A DNA stretch of 64,000 nucleotides from contig CAVUCU010000004.1 in NCBI GenBank assembly GCA_963740085.1, forward strand, positions 256,001 through 320,000. The letters run 5' to 3'. The DNA comes from Nitrospirota bacterium (GTDB lineage Bacteria > Nitrospirota > UBA9217). How positions within the stretch are numbered: the first letter of the stretch is position 1; each line of letters opens with the position of its first letter. The notes under the pieces were generated by a model. The model had not been told where the DNA came from, did no database searches, and saw nothing but the letters and a program-made list of their open reading frames with translations. Positions 52,681 through 60,854 of this stretch are shown one piece after another. The position numbers and the translations under genes are program-made.

Positions 52681-53520
52681 ATGAATAAAGAATTCGAAAA
52701 CAAAGGAAGTCTCCGCGTGCCCTGCACTCGCGCTGGCGCACTCGTAAACGCTGGGTACAGGCAGAGCCGCAGAGAACGCAAAGAAAAGCTTTACGTCTTG
52801 GTTCTTTTCTTAATAAAGCAAAACGCTTTAAAGTCTTTCTTTGCGGCTTTGCGTCTCAGCGTGGCCCGCTTGATCGGCCATTGCGCGAAAAACTCTTTTG
52901 TATTTGGACTTGGGTTCGTACTCGCGGTTTTTTTCGGGTGCGCAACCAGCGTCAAGGTCACGCAGCAGCCCGTTACAAATCAGGCACCATCCGTGACAAG
53001 ACTCATGGATGGCCGGGAAGGCTTTATCATCACGGAAGTTCCCAAAATGGATGAGGCGTCGCGCAGAGACTTTGATCGCGCTGTCGCCATGCTGAAGGAC
53101 CAGGACTATGGCCAGGCCATCGATCTTCTGGAAAAGGTCATCAAGCAGTCACCGGGCATCTCCGCTCCTTATATCGACATTGCGATTGCCTATCAGCGAA
53201 TCGGCAAACCGGGGCAGGCCGAGGAGCATCTTAAAACAGCGCTGCAGCTGTTTCCCGATCACCCCGTGGCATGCAATGAATACGGTTTGTTGTATCGCAA
53301 ATCCGGACGATTTACCGAGGCGCGGGCGATTTATGAAAAAGCGATCGCGCGTTTTCCGGATTTTTATCCGTTGCACAGAAATCTCGGGATCCTCTGTGAT
53401 CTGTATCTCGATGACTCCGAATGCGCGCTCAAACAATTCGAAATTTACAGCGAGAAGATGCCTGCGGACGCACAGGTCAAAATCTGGATTGCCGAGCTGC
53501 GCACGCGGCTCGGACGTTAG
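52681..53520 (+). CDS. TPR lipoprotein (GltE/AglT-like); N-terminus contains an in-frame palindromic insert
   Basis: Lipobox FFG-C; TPRs NEYGLLYR, RNLGILCDLY; GGGAGG RBS. Confidence 0.75.
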   Translation: MNKEFENKGSLRVPCTRAGALVNAGYRQSRRERKEKLYVLVLFLIKQNALKSFFAALRLSVARLIGHCAKNSFVFGLGFVLAVFFGCATSVKVTQQPVTNQAPSVTRLMDGREGFIITEVPKMDEASRRDFDRAVAMLKDQDYGQAIDLLEKVIKQSPGISAPYIDIAIAYQRIGKPGQAEEHLKTALQLFPDHPVACNEYGLLYRKSGRFTEARAIYEKAIARFPDFYPLHRNLGILCDLYLDDSECALKQFEIYSEKMPADAQVKIWIAELRTRLGR

Positions 53521-53530
53521 GTACTGAGGA

Positions 53531-53690
53531 ATGAAATTCATTTCAACGGGGGAAAAATATTACCGCAAAGTCGCGAAGGCCGCAAAGGAAATCATGTGTA
53601 GGTTTAAAACCAGAATCTTTATGCTTTTCGTCGCGAGCTTGGCGTCTTGGCGGTTCCAAGGTTTAGATTCCGGCCTGTCCGAATTAAATG
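53531..53690. repeat. REP/MITE-like element
   Basis: ACCGCAAAGTCGCGAAGG..TCGCGAGCTTGGCGTCTTGGCGGT. Confidence 0.7.
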
Positions 53691-53705
53691 AAAAGGAGGA
53701 GGAAT

Positions 53706-53996
53706 ATGTATAAAAGTCTGTTGCTTTGGCTGTGTCTTCTTCTGGCACTGCTCAGCACGGCCATGGCTGAGGACAAAGAACCGGCGGCCAAAGAACAGGC
53801 GGCCAAACAACTTTCCGGCATGTCCATCGTCGGTAACGATGACGCCCCGAAAGCCCTGTATATTGTGCCGTGGAAAAGTTCCGAAATCGGTGTGGAGGCA
53901 AATTTGAGCATGATGTTAACCGACAGTGCCGTGCCGGTGGATCGAGATGTGTTTATGCGGCAATTGGATTTTTACGGGGTCAGCACCAAAAAATAA
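53706..53996 (+). CDS. Small secreted protein (GltF/CglF-like)
   Basis: GGAGGAGG RBS; signal peptide; SIVGNDDAPKALYIVPWK; position between TPR and TolQ-like genes. Confidence 0.65.
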   Translation: MYKSLLLWLCLLLALLSTAMAEDKEPAAKEQAAKQLSGMSIVGNDDAPKALYIVPWKSSEIGVEANLSMMLTDSAVPVDRDVFMRQLDFYGVSTKK

Positions 53997-54029
53997 CTTC
54001 GTTGTCTAGTCAGCGAAAAGGAGGAAGAA

Positions 54030-54725
54030 ATGTTTATCATAAGGTTTTTCCAGAGTGGTGGGTTGTTTATGTTCCCGATTCTACTTACGCTTTTGGTCGG
54101 TCTGGCTATCGCGTTTGAACGCTGGGTTCACTTGAAACGCGTCAGGGACGCGAACAAAAAAATATGGGACTCGCTGTATCCGACGCTGGAAAAGGGAGAG
54201 TTCGATAAAGCCCGGGAAATGGCCAACAAGGACAAATCAACTATGGCGCAAATGCTGGGGATGGGATTAGCGCGCCAGGGGGCGGTTAGGCGACGGGAAG
54301 ACATAGAGATCGCCATGGAAGAGAGCATGATGGAGATAATTCCTCAATTGGAAAAGCGCACGCCGTACCTGGCACTGCTCTCAAATATCGCCACCCTGTT
54401 TGGATTGCTAGGCACCATCATGGGTCTTATCATGGCCTTCGCCGCGGTTGCCACTGCGAGCCCCGCCTCGAAGGCAGCCCTGCTCGCGGCCAGCATTTCG
54501 GAGGCCATGAACTGTACTGCCTTTGGTCTGATGTCCGCGATCCCACTTCTGCTGCTCCATGCCCGCCTGACAACAACTACGGGTCAGATTGTGAACAGCC
54601 TGGAGATGGCATCGGTTAGAGCGCTCAATTCTATCTCAAGTTTTGCCAAGCACCAATTTGACAGATCTCCAATCTTATCAGGCGCCGATTTAACAGGAGC
54701 TGATCATGGCCAGACGATTTCATAG
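54030..54725 (+). CDS. MotA/TolQ/ExbB proton channel (AglR-like)
   Basis: ATLFGLLGTIMGLI..ISEAMNCTAFGL. Confidence 0.92.
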   Translation: MFIIRFFQSGGLFMFPILLTLLVGLAIAFERWVHLKRVRDANKKIWDSLYPTLEKGEFDKAREMANKDKSTMAQMLGMGLARQGAVRRREDIEIAMEESMMEIIPQLEKRTPYLALLSNIATLFGLLGTIMGLIMAFAAVATASPASKAALLAASISEAMNCTAFGLMSAIPLLLLHARLTTTTGQIVNSLEMASVRALNSISSFAKHQFDRSPILSGADLTGADHGQTIS

Positions 54726-55218
54726 CAAAAGGGGACGGGGACAACCATCAGATTTCGATACGGATATCATGCAGGTCATCAACCTGACACCGATGATGGA
54801 TATCCTTACCGTTCTGGTGGTCTTTCTGCTCATCACTGCAGTCTTTATGAGTCTTACGATCGAGGAATTGAGTGTCCCGACCGCCGCAGGCGGATCTTCG
54901 AACCAACCGAATTTCGCCATCGAGGTGATTGTCCGCAAGGCGGGACTGCAGATTGCCAACGGGAGGTCCGTGGAGGCTACGATTCCGAAAAAAGACGATC
55001 AATATGATATTGAGCTACTGTCCAAAATGCTCCTTCGTCTGAAGGCCCAGTACCCGGAGAAGGAGGACGCGACGGTTTTGATGGAGCCGGACATCAAGTA
55101 CGACAATCTGATTGAGATCATGGATGCGGTACGTGAAACAGAAGTGCGGGCGGAAGGGAGCGAAGAGGTCAAAAAAATAGAGCTCTTTCCAAAGATAGCC
55201 ATAGGAGACGCGCCATGA
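54706..55218 (+). CDS. ExbD/TolR family protein (AglQ/S-like)
   Basis: INLTPMMDILTVLVVFLL with conserved TM Asp. Confidence 0.9.
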   Translation: MARRFHSKRGRGQPSDFDTDIMQVINLTPMMDILTVLVVFLLITAVFMSLTIEELSVPTAAGGSSNQPNFAIEVIVRKAGLQIANGRSVEATIPKKDDQYDIELLSKMLLRLKAQYPEKEDATVLMEPDIKYDNLIEIMDAVRETEVRAEGSEEVKKIELFPKIAIGDAP

Positions 55219-55712
55219 GAGACAGCAGACGAATGAAAAGGATGGAGCGCAACAACAGAAAAGGTGATATTAAGGGTCTTGGTATAAACCTGATCCCGAT
55301 GATGGATGTTCTTTGCGTTCTGGTGTTCTTTCTGCTGTTTCACTCATTCAACAGTACTTTGCCGGATGCTCAGATCGCGCTGCCCGCTTCCATTGTCGAG
55401 ACCAGGCCAAGGGAAACAGTGGCGATCGTGGTCAGCCCCGAAGTCGTAATGGTTCAGGGAGAAGCCGTGATCAGCACCGCCAAACTTCTCGATGACAGCA
55501 TTGGGATAGTTTATGAGGTAAGAGAGCGACTGGAACAACTTCGCACTATTATCGAGACCAGCTCTAATGCGGTTGCCGAAAGCAGGGAAATCACCCTCCT
55601 TGCCGATAAATCGATTCCGTTCAAAGTGCTTAAAAAAATAATGTCGACCTGCGCTGCTTCTGGATACGGAAAGCTTTCCCTCGCCGTCATCCAGAAGGAG
55701 GCAAAAAGATAG
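55215..55712 (+). CDS. ExbD/TolR family protein (AglQ/S-like), second copy
   Basis: INLIPMMDVLCVLVFFLL; ADKSIPFKVLKKIM. Confidence 0.9.
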   Translation: MRDSRRMKRMERNNRKGDIKGLGINLIPMMDVLCVLVFFLLFHSFNSTLPDAQIALPASIVETRPRETVAIVVSPEVVMVQGEAVISTAKLLDDSIGIVYEVRERLEQLRTIIETSSNAVAESREITLLADKSIPFKVLKKIMSTCAASGYGKLSLAVIQKEAKR

Positions 55713-55722
55713 TGGGGTTGCC

Positions 55723-57093
55723 GTGAATACATCCATATTAGAAGAGGAATTGGCACACCTGAACGCACAGACCGAGCAAGTCCGGCAAAAGCACGAGGCG
55801 CTGGAAAATGAGTTGCGCGTCGTCGAGGCAGAGCTGGAAACGTTTTCCGCCGATAGACAACGGTTCGATGCATTGCGGGACGTCTGCCATGCGCTCGACA
55901 AGCTAGGGGAACTGAAAGCGGATGAACTCTTTTGGGATGATGTCAAAAATGCCCCCGGACACGTGGAACGGGCGAGGAGCCGGGTTGACCGCTTTGAGGG
56001 GGAGATAAGCGGGATTCTGGAAAAACAGGCATCTTTCAAAGGGCAGATCGACCGATGTCTCGATGAACTGGACATCCTCTATGAAGAAGTACGTGATGCT
56101 TACGCGCGCGAAGCACGGCGCGAGGAAGAATACGTCATAGAGCGGGAGATTTCGTCCATTCCTAATCGCTCGATGCTCATGCCGTGGACCAAAGAGGCTG
56201 AGAGCGAAAGACGTTTCCGCCGAGCCCTGGTTGTCGCTTTCTCATTCTATATCGTTTTTGGCTCTGTGGTTAGCCTGTGGAAACTGCCGCCGCCGGTCCG
56301 CCCGGCCGTGGCTGTGGTTCCGGAACGTCTGGTCTCTATGGTGAGAAAGTTGCCGCCCAAGCCTGAACCGCCGCCTGAACGCCGCAAAGAAGAAAAGAAG
56401 GGAAAAGTGCCGGAGAAAAAGCAGGAAGAACGACCCAAAGCAACCACCGAAGAATCGCAGACTGCGCGCAAAAAAGCGGAGACCACGGGTGTTCTGGCTT
56501 TCAAGGAGGCTTTTAAAGATCTGATGGACGAAACTCCAGCCGCACGGCTCGGCGCCGAGGCGCGTCTGAGCAACCAGTCGGCCGTGGCGTCCGGTCAGGC
56601 CCGGGCAGGCCGGTCAATCATCTCTATGCAGTCGACGGCCGGTTCCAGTGGCGGGATCGGCAATGCCGCAGTCAGCCGCAATGTCGGTAGTGGAAACGGT
56701 AATCGTATTGGCGGCGTCGGGTTAACAAGGGTAGAAAGTACTGTTGCGGGACTGGCTGAAGGGGCGAGGCCGCTGAGCTCCGGACACGGGCCGTCGCGAA
56801 CCGATGAAGAGATCCAGATCGTCTTCGATAAATACAAGGCGACGCTCTATCGGATGTACAATGCCCAATTACGCAAGAACCCCACCCTGCGCGGCAAGAT
56901 TCTCCTGCGCATCACTATCGAGCCGGGTGGCGAAGTCTCCGGATGTACGGTGCAGTCGACCGAGCTGGCCTCGCCGGAGCTTGTGGCCCAGGTTGTGGAG
57001 CGAGTCAAGAAGTTCAATTTTGGACCGAAGGTGGATGTTCCCAAGACCACGATTCTGTACCCGATTGATTTCCTGCCTGGAGGCAGCGCCTGA
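55723..57093 (+). CDS. TonB/TolA-like energy transducer with AgmX/PglI (GltG-like) C-terminal domain
   Basis: N-terminal coiled coil, one TM helix, Pro/Lys-rich linker, YNAQLRKNPTLRGKILLRITIEPGGEV..YPIDF. Confidence 0.85.
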   Translation: MNTSILEEELAHLNAQTEQVRQKHEALENELRVVEAELETFSADRQRFDALRDVCHALDKLGELKADELFWDDVKNAPGHVERARSRVDRFEGEISGILEKQASFKGQIDRCLDELDILYEEVRDAYAREARREEEYVIEREISSIPNRSMLMPWTKEAESERRFRRALVVAFSFYIVFGSVVSLWKLPPPVRPAVAVVPERLVSMVRKLPPKPEPPPERRKEEKKGKVPEKKQEERPKATTEESQTARKKAETTGVLAFKEAFKDLMDETPAARLGAEARLSNQSAVASGQARAGRSIISMQSTAGSSGGIGNAAVSRNVGSGNGNRIGGVGLTRVESTVAGLAEGARPLSSGHGPSRTDEEIQIVFDKYKATLYRMYNAQLRKNPTLRGKILLRITIEPGGEVSGCTVQSTELASPELVAQVVERVKKFNFGPKVDVPKTTILYPIDFLPGGSA

Positions 57094-57369
57094 GGCTGGA
57101 GATGAAAGTCGGATTCCAGAAATAGGAACACACCTTTCCGCGGCAGGGGGTTGCAAAGATCATTATTTTGGGCGGATTGGTTCATGATCAAAGGGACCTT
57201 TGATCACGACCTGCCCGCCGTTGAGCGGGCCCGTAACCGAGAGCGCGGTTGATGCCCATTTCGCCCTCCCTTCACTACTGGTCGCGCTTCGTGCTGTGCA
57301 CACTTACGGAGCTTGCTGGATAATAAAATGAGTTTGAACAGGATCGCTTCCGGGAAAGGGGAATTCGTG

Positions 57370-58251
57370 ATGAAGAAGATCATCAGCATGCTCGCATTTG
57401 CAGCGCTCGTCCTAGTCATGCTCACCGCATGCCTGGGCACGGGAATGGTGAGGAAGGACCGTATAGCCGAGACGGGCAGGATCGCAATAGTCAGCGTCGT
57501 CATGCCCCGCATAGCGGACACTACCGTGGACCATAACAGGACAGCGCTCCAGGCATGCGTACAACGGGCCCTTGGCCGGGTTCGTGCTAAGCTGAAGTCA
57601 GTGCGGAACTGGACTATCGTGGATCCGGCCGAGTACAAAGGGTTTAACTCGGTCCTGTCCATCAGTAAGGTTCCAAACGAAGAGATAAAAGCTCAGTTCG
57701 CCTCGCCCGAAGAACGGAGGAGAGCGAAAGAGGTGATAACGTCGGAACTGTCGCAATGGAAACGCAGCTTTATCGGCGCGAAAGCGCTGCCGGTCGTTCC
57801 CCGCTCCGGACTGATGCCGAATCACGGCGATAACAGCGCCCTTGCCATAATCCCCACGACCTTGATGAAACGTGCCGGGAAACTGTGTCGTGTTCTGAAC
57901 GTCGATGCGGTAGCCTTCGTTGATGTCGTGGCGAGCATAACCCATCAGAAGGCTGACAAATTCCATGTAAAGAACAACCGGACCGATGGCGCCATTCATA
58001 TGGCGCAGACCATCGTGATCGTGGATAAGCGTGGCGAGATCATCGTTGATATGGGTTCGCCGTCCCTCGGCAAGAGTGCAAAAACCAGGGATATGCTTCC
58101 CCTGTATATTGGCTCCGGCGAGGACGCGATAAAAGAGGACAACATTGACCTGACTGATCCTCAAAAAAAGATCCAGAAGGCTATTTTCTCGTTGATCGAT
58201 GAAACAGCCTCCGACATGGTCAAAAATCTCAAAAAGGCCGCAGCATCATAG
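57370..58251 (+). CDS. Hypothetical lipoprotein
   Basis: Lipobox LTA-C after hydrophobic stretch. Confidence 0.65.
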   Translation: MKKIISMLAFAALVLVMLTACLGTGMVRKDRIAETGRIAIVSVVMPRIADTTVDHNRTALQACVQRALGRVRAKLKSVRNWTIVDPAEYKGFNSVLSISKVPNEEIKAQFASPEERRRAKEVITSELSQWKRSFIGAKALPVVPRSGLMPNHGDNSALAIIPTTLMKRAGKLCRVLNVDAVAFVDVVASITHQKADKFHVKNNRTDGAIHMAQTIVIVDKRGEIIVDMGSPSLGKSAKTRDMLPLYIGSGEDAIKEDNIDLTDPQKKIQKAIFSLIDETASDMVKNLKKAAAS

Positions 58252-58361
58252 GGGGCAGCGGGTAGAGGCAGAGATGACTTTACCGTTGTTCCCGACTAAA
58301 TATCCGGAATATGCGTTAATTATTTCGTTTGTATTAGTTGGGGTCGGACAGGGGATGTACA

Positions 58362-59318
58362 GTGGAGAAAATCTGGGTTATAAAAGATCCTGATGAAGAC
58401 CTGAAACCCCGCCGGACGCAGCGGATCACGAAAGAAGCTTCTCCTCCCGCTGAACAGGACCCCGCCCTGGCATATACGCTCTCGCTCTTATGCTGGGGTT
58501 CGGGACAGCTGTACAACGGACAGCGCGCCAAAGGCCTGAGCTATATATGCCTCGCGGTATACGGCAACGCCTTCGCACTCCTTCTCTTTGTGTTTCAGCA
58601 GGAGATCCCTTTCTATCTCCGTTATTACAGCATCTCCCCGGCGCAGGCCGTTCTTGTTGCCGCTTTTCTGGTTTTCTGCGGCCTGTTCTTCTGGGTCTCC
58701 AACGCGAGCGATGCCTACCACGCCGCGATGAAGGTCAGACGAACGACGTTCACCGGCGTGACAGGCCGCGCCTGGCCTGTGTTCTGTTCCCTGCTCTTTC
58801 CTGGCTGGGGCCAGTTCCTGAACGGTCAGCCGGTAAAGGGAGGTCTTTTCGCGGTCAGTGCGACGTTCGGCATCTTCTCCCTTATTTCAGTCCTGGAAAT
58901 CCCTCAGGTCTGGCCTTTCCTGGAGGACTCCTCTTCACGCCTCATCGTTGAAGTAGTGCTCCTGCTGTCCCTGTTCTCCCTGTTGCCCATGCCGTTCCTC
59001 TGGATACTCGGTGTATTCGATGCATGGAAAGTGGTCCAGGACGAAATCAAGAAAGAGCCGCTCCTTGAACGGCTCAAGGCAGCGAACAACCGCCGTCGCG
59101 TGTACGGATGGGTCCGCGGTGTCTTTCCGCAGATCAAGAGAACGCTCACACTCGCACTTTTTCTGATCATCCTGATCATCATCATCGTCCGGTTCTATTT
59201 CCCCTGGAATTATTATCGCGAAAACCTTATGAATGCCCTGAGTTGGTCCTCGAAGCAGGGAATGATGCTCATCCCCGAGCTTATCCGCGGAATCATCACG
59301 GTATTGCCGGCCGGCTAA
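58362..59318 (+). CDS. Multi-pass membrane protein with duplicated SLLxxGxGQxxNGQxxKG motif
   Basis: SLLCWGSGQLYNGQRAKG and SLLFPGWGQFLNGQPVKG; several TM helices. Confidence 0.7.
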   Translation: MEKIWVIKDPDEDLKPRRTQRITKEASPPAEQDPALAYTLSLLCWGSGQLYNGQRAKGLSYICLAVYGNAFALLLFVFQQEIPFYLRYYSISPAQAVLVAAFLVFCGLFFWVSNASDAYHAAMKVRRTTFTGVTGRAWPVFCSLLFPGWGQFLNGQPVKGGLFAVSATFGIFSLISVLEIPQVWPFLEDSSSRLIVEVVLLLSLFSLLPMPFLWILGVFDAWKVVQDEIKKEPLLERLKAANNRRRVYGWVRGVFPQIKRTLTLALFLIILIIIIVRFYFPWNYYRENLMNALSWSSKQGMMLIPELIRGIITVLPAG

Positions 59319-59360
59319 ATCGATTCGTCCGGAGGGGCAAGGTATAGACAGGTTTTGTTT

Positions 59361-59563
59361 TGGTGGAGCTGAGGGGGAATCTTACGCGCTTCACGAAAGG
59401 GCTCGCCCTCTCGTGGACTCACCCGAAGCATGAGGGAATTCTTTCCTCAAACTTTCTCGGTTCAATCCCCCTCATCAAAATAAAAAAAGCCGGTCAGTGA
59501 TGACCAGCTTTGTTTATTTTGGTGGAGCTGAGGGGGATCGAACCCCTGACCCCAAGACTGCCA
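59361..59563 (-). repeat. tRNA-Ala(GGC) 3'-half fragment (59520-59563) plus a downstream repeat of the tRNA 3' end; att-like site
   Basis: Reverse complement TGGCAGTCTTGGGGTCAGGGGTTCGATCCCCCTCAGCTCCACCA (anticodon loop to CCA); no 5' half upstream. Confidence 0.8.
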
Positions 59564-59818
59564 GCAAGAAAGGGCAGAAAAACACAATCCTTGATTTGTC
59601 GCCTGGTTTCCCGTTTTGAGCTTTGAATCAAGGGGTTGACGGCTTTATAATAATTCCATCTGTTACGAGGTTTTTGCCCTTTTTGATAATTTTTAGCACA
59701 ATTTTAGCACAGTCAATTCGGGGTGAGCCCAAGACTCTCTGTATGATACCCTCTGATAGTGACAGAAATGGATCATGGGGGAGGGGGGTGTGACCTTCAC
59801 CTGTCCATCGTTCCGCAT

Positions 59819-60691
59819 TTACCAGACAGCTTGAGATAGACACTCTTTCGCCTTTCTATATCCTAAATCGATCATCTCGGACGCCCGATCATACTCCAGT
59901 GACCGGCATGCGTTCCGGGCAATATCTATGACGATATCTGGTGGATAAGCAGCAAGTTTTTGACGTGCGATGGTGTTCTGCATAGCCTCAAAAGCCTGAA
60001 CGGCGATTTCGTACCCCCCCCAATCTCGGCCTGTGCTGCTTGCCACCGATCGTTGGTGGTTTATAAAGCGATTGATCCTTTCATGCAGCAACGATGAAGG
60101 GGACACGGGCGCAGGACTCTCGCCACTCGGAAATTCCGGACTATCCGCGGGGCCGCCAAGGTTTACCGCAATAGTCACATCGGTACCATCACCGATCGTG
60201 GGGGCAACAGGCACAGGATTTAATACCCCTCCATCGATAAGATCGACTCCTCGGTCATTAAACGGCGTAAAAAAAAGGGGGATTGACATAGAGGCCCTTA
60301 TCGCATCAAAAAGTTTGCCTGACTTCATCCATATTTCCTTCTGGTTCTTAAGGTCAGTAGCAACAGCAGTATATTGAATCGGCAGATCCTCGATCAGTTG
60401 ATCTCCCACGAGACCGACCAAGGTGTTGATAATTTTGTCGCCTTTGACCAGCCCGCTCTTTCCCCAGGAAAGATCCAGCAAGGTGACGATGTCGATCTTC
60501 TTTAAGGCACGCACCCATTGTTCATATTCATCCAGTTTTCCGGCTGCATATATTCCCCCGATAAGCGCACCAATCGAGGAACCGGCTATAGAGCGTATGT
60601 TGCAATCATGTTCTTTAAGCCAGTGAATAACGCCAATGTGTGCTAAACCCCGGGCACCGCCACTTCCAAGAACTAGAGATACGGTTTTCAT
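59819..60691 (-). CDS. Patatin-like phospholipase (RssA/NTE family)
   Basis: GSGGARGLAHIG, GSSIG nucleophile elbow, DGG. Confidence 0.92.
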   Translation of the reverse strand: MKTVSLVLGSGGARGLAHIGVIHWLKEHDCNIRSIAGSSIGALIGGIYAAGKLDEYEQWVRALKKIDIVTLLDLSWGKSGLVKGDKIINTLVGLVGDQLIEDLPIQYTAVATDLKNQKEIWMKSGKLFDAIRASMSIPLFFTPFNDRGVDLIDGGVLNPVPVAPTIGDGTDVTIAVNLGGPADSPEFPSGESPAPVSPSSLLHERINRFINHQRSVASSTGRDWGGYEIAVQAFEAMQNTIARQKLAAYPPDIVIDIARNACRSLEYDRASEMIDLGYRKAKECLSQAVW

Positions 60692-60854
60692 GTTCGTTTT
60701 ATCCCCCCGATTCCGGCAGCCTTGCCTCTGTTTCCGCACTGTAGGTCAACCCGATCAAACTAAACGAATGCATTAGATTGCATACAGCCCAGCCGGTTTA
60801 TTTATCATGAATATAAGCCTGATATGAGAAGATGTCAACGAAATCGGTTGACGT

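Noticed and set aside
53531-53713. 60-aa ORF MKFISTGEK
   Set aside because: Coincides with the palindromic repeat element
47484-57093. Assignment as true gliding-motility machinery or ordinary Tol-Pal/TonB uptake
   Set aside because: No recognisable GltA/B/H/I/J/K, CglB, TolB, Pal or TonB-dependent receptor in the locus; only the shared core is supported
59520-59563. Intact tRNA-Ala gene
   Set aside because: Only anticodon loop to CCA is present; no D-arm or 5' acceptor strand upstream
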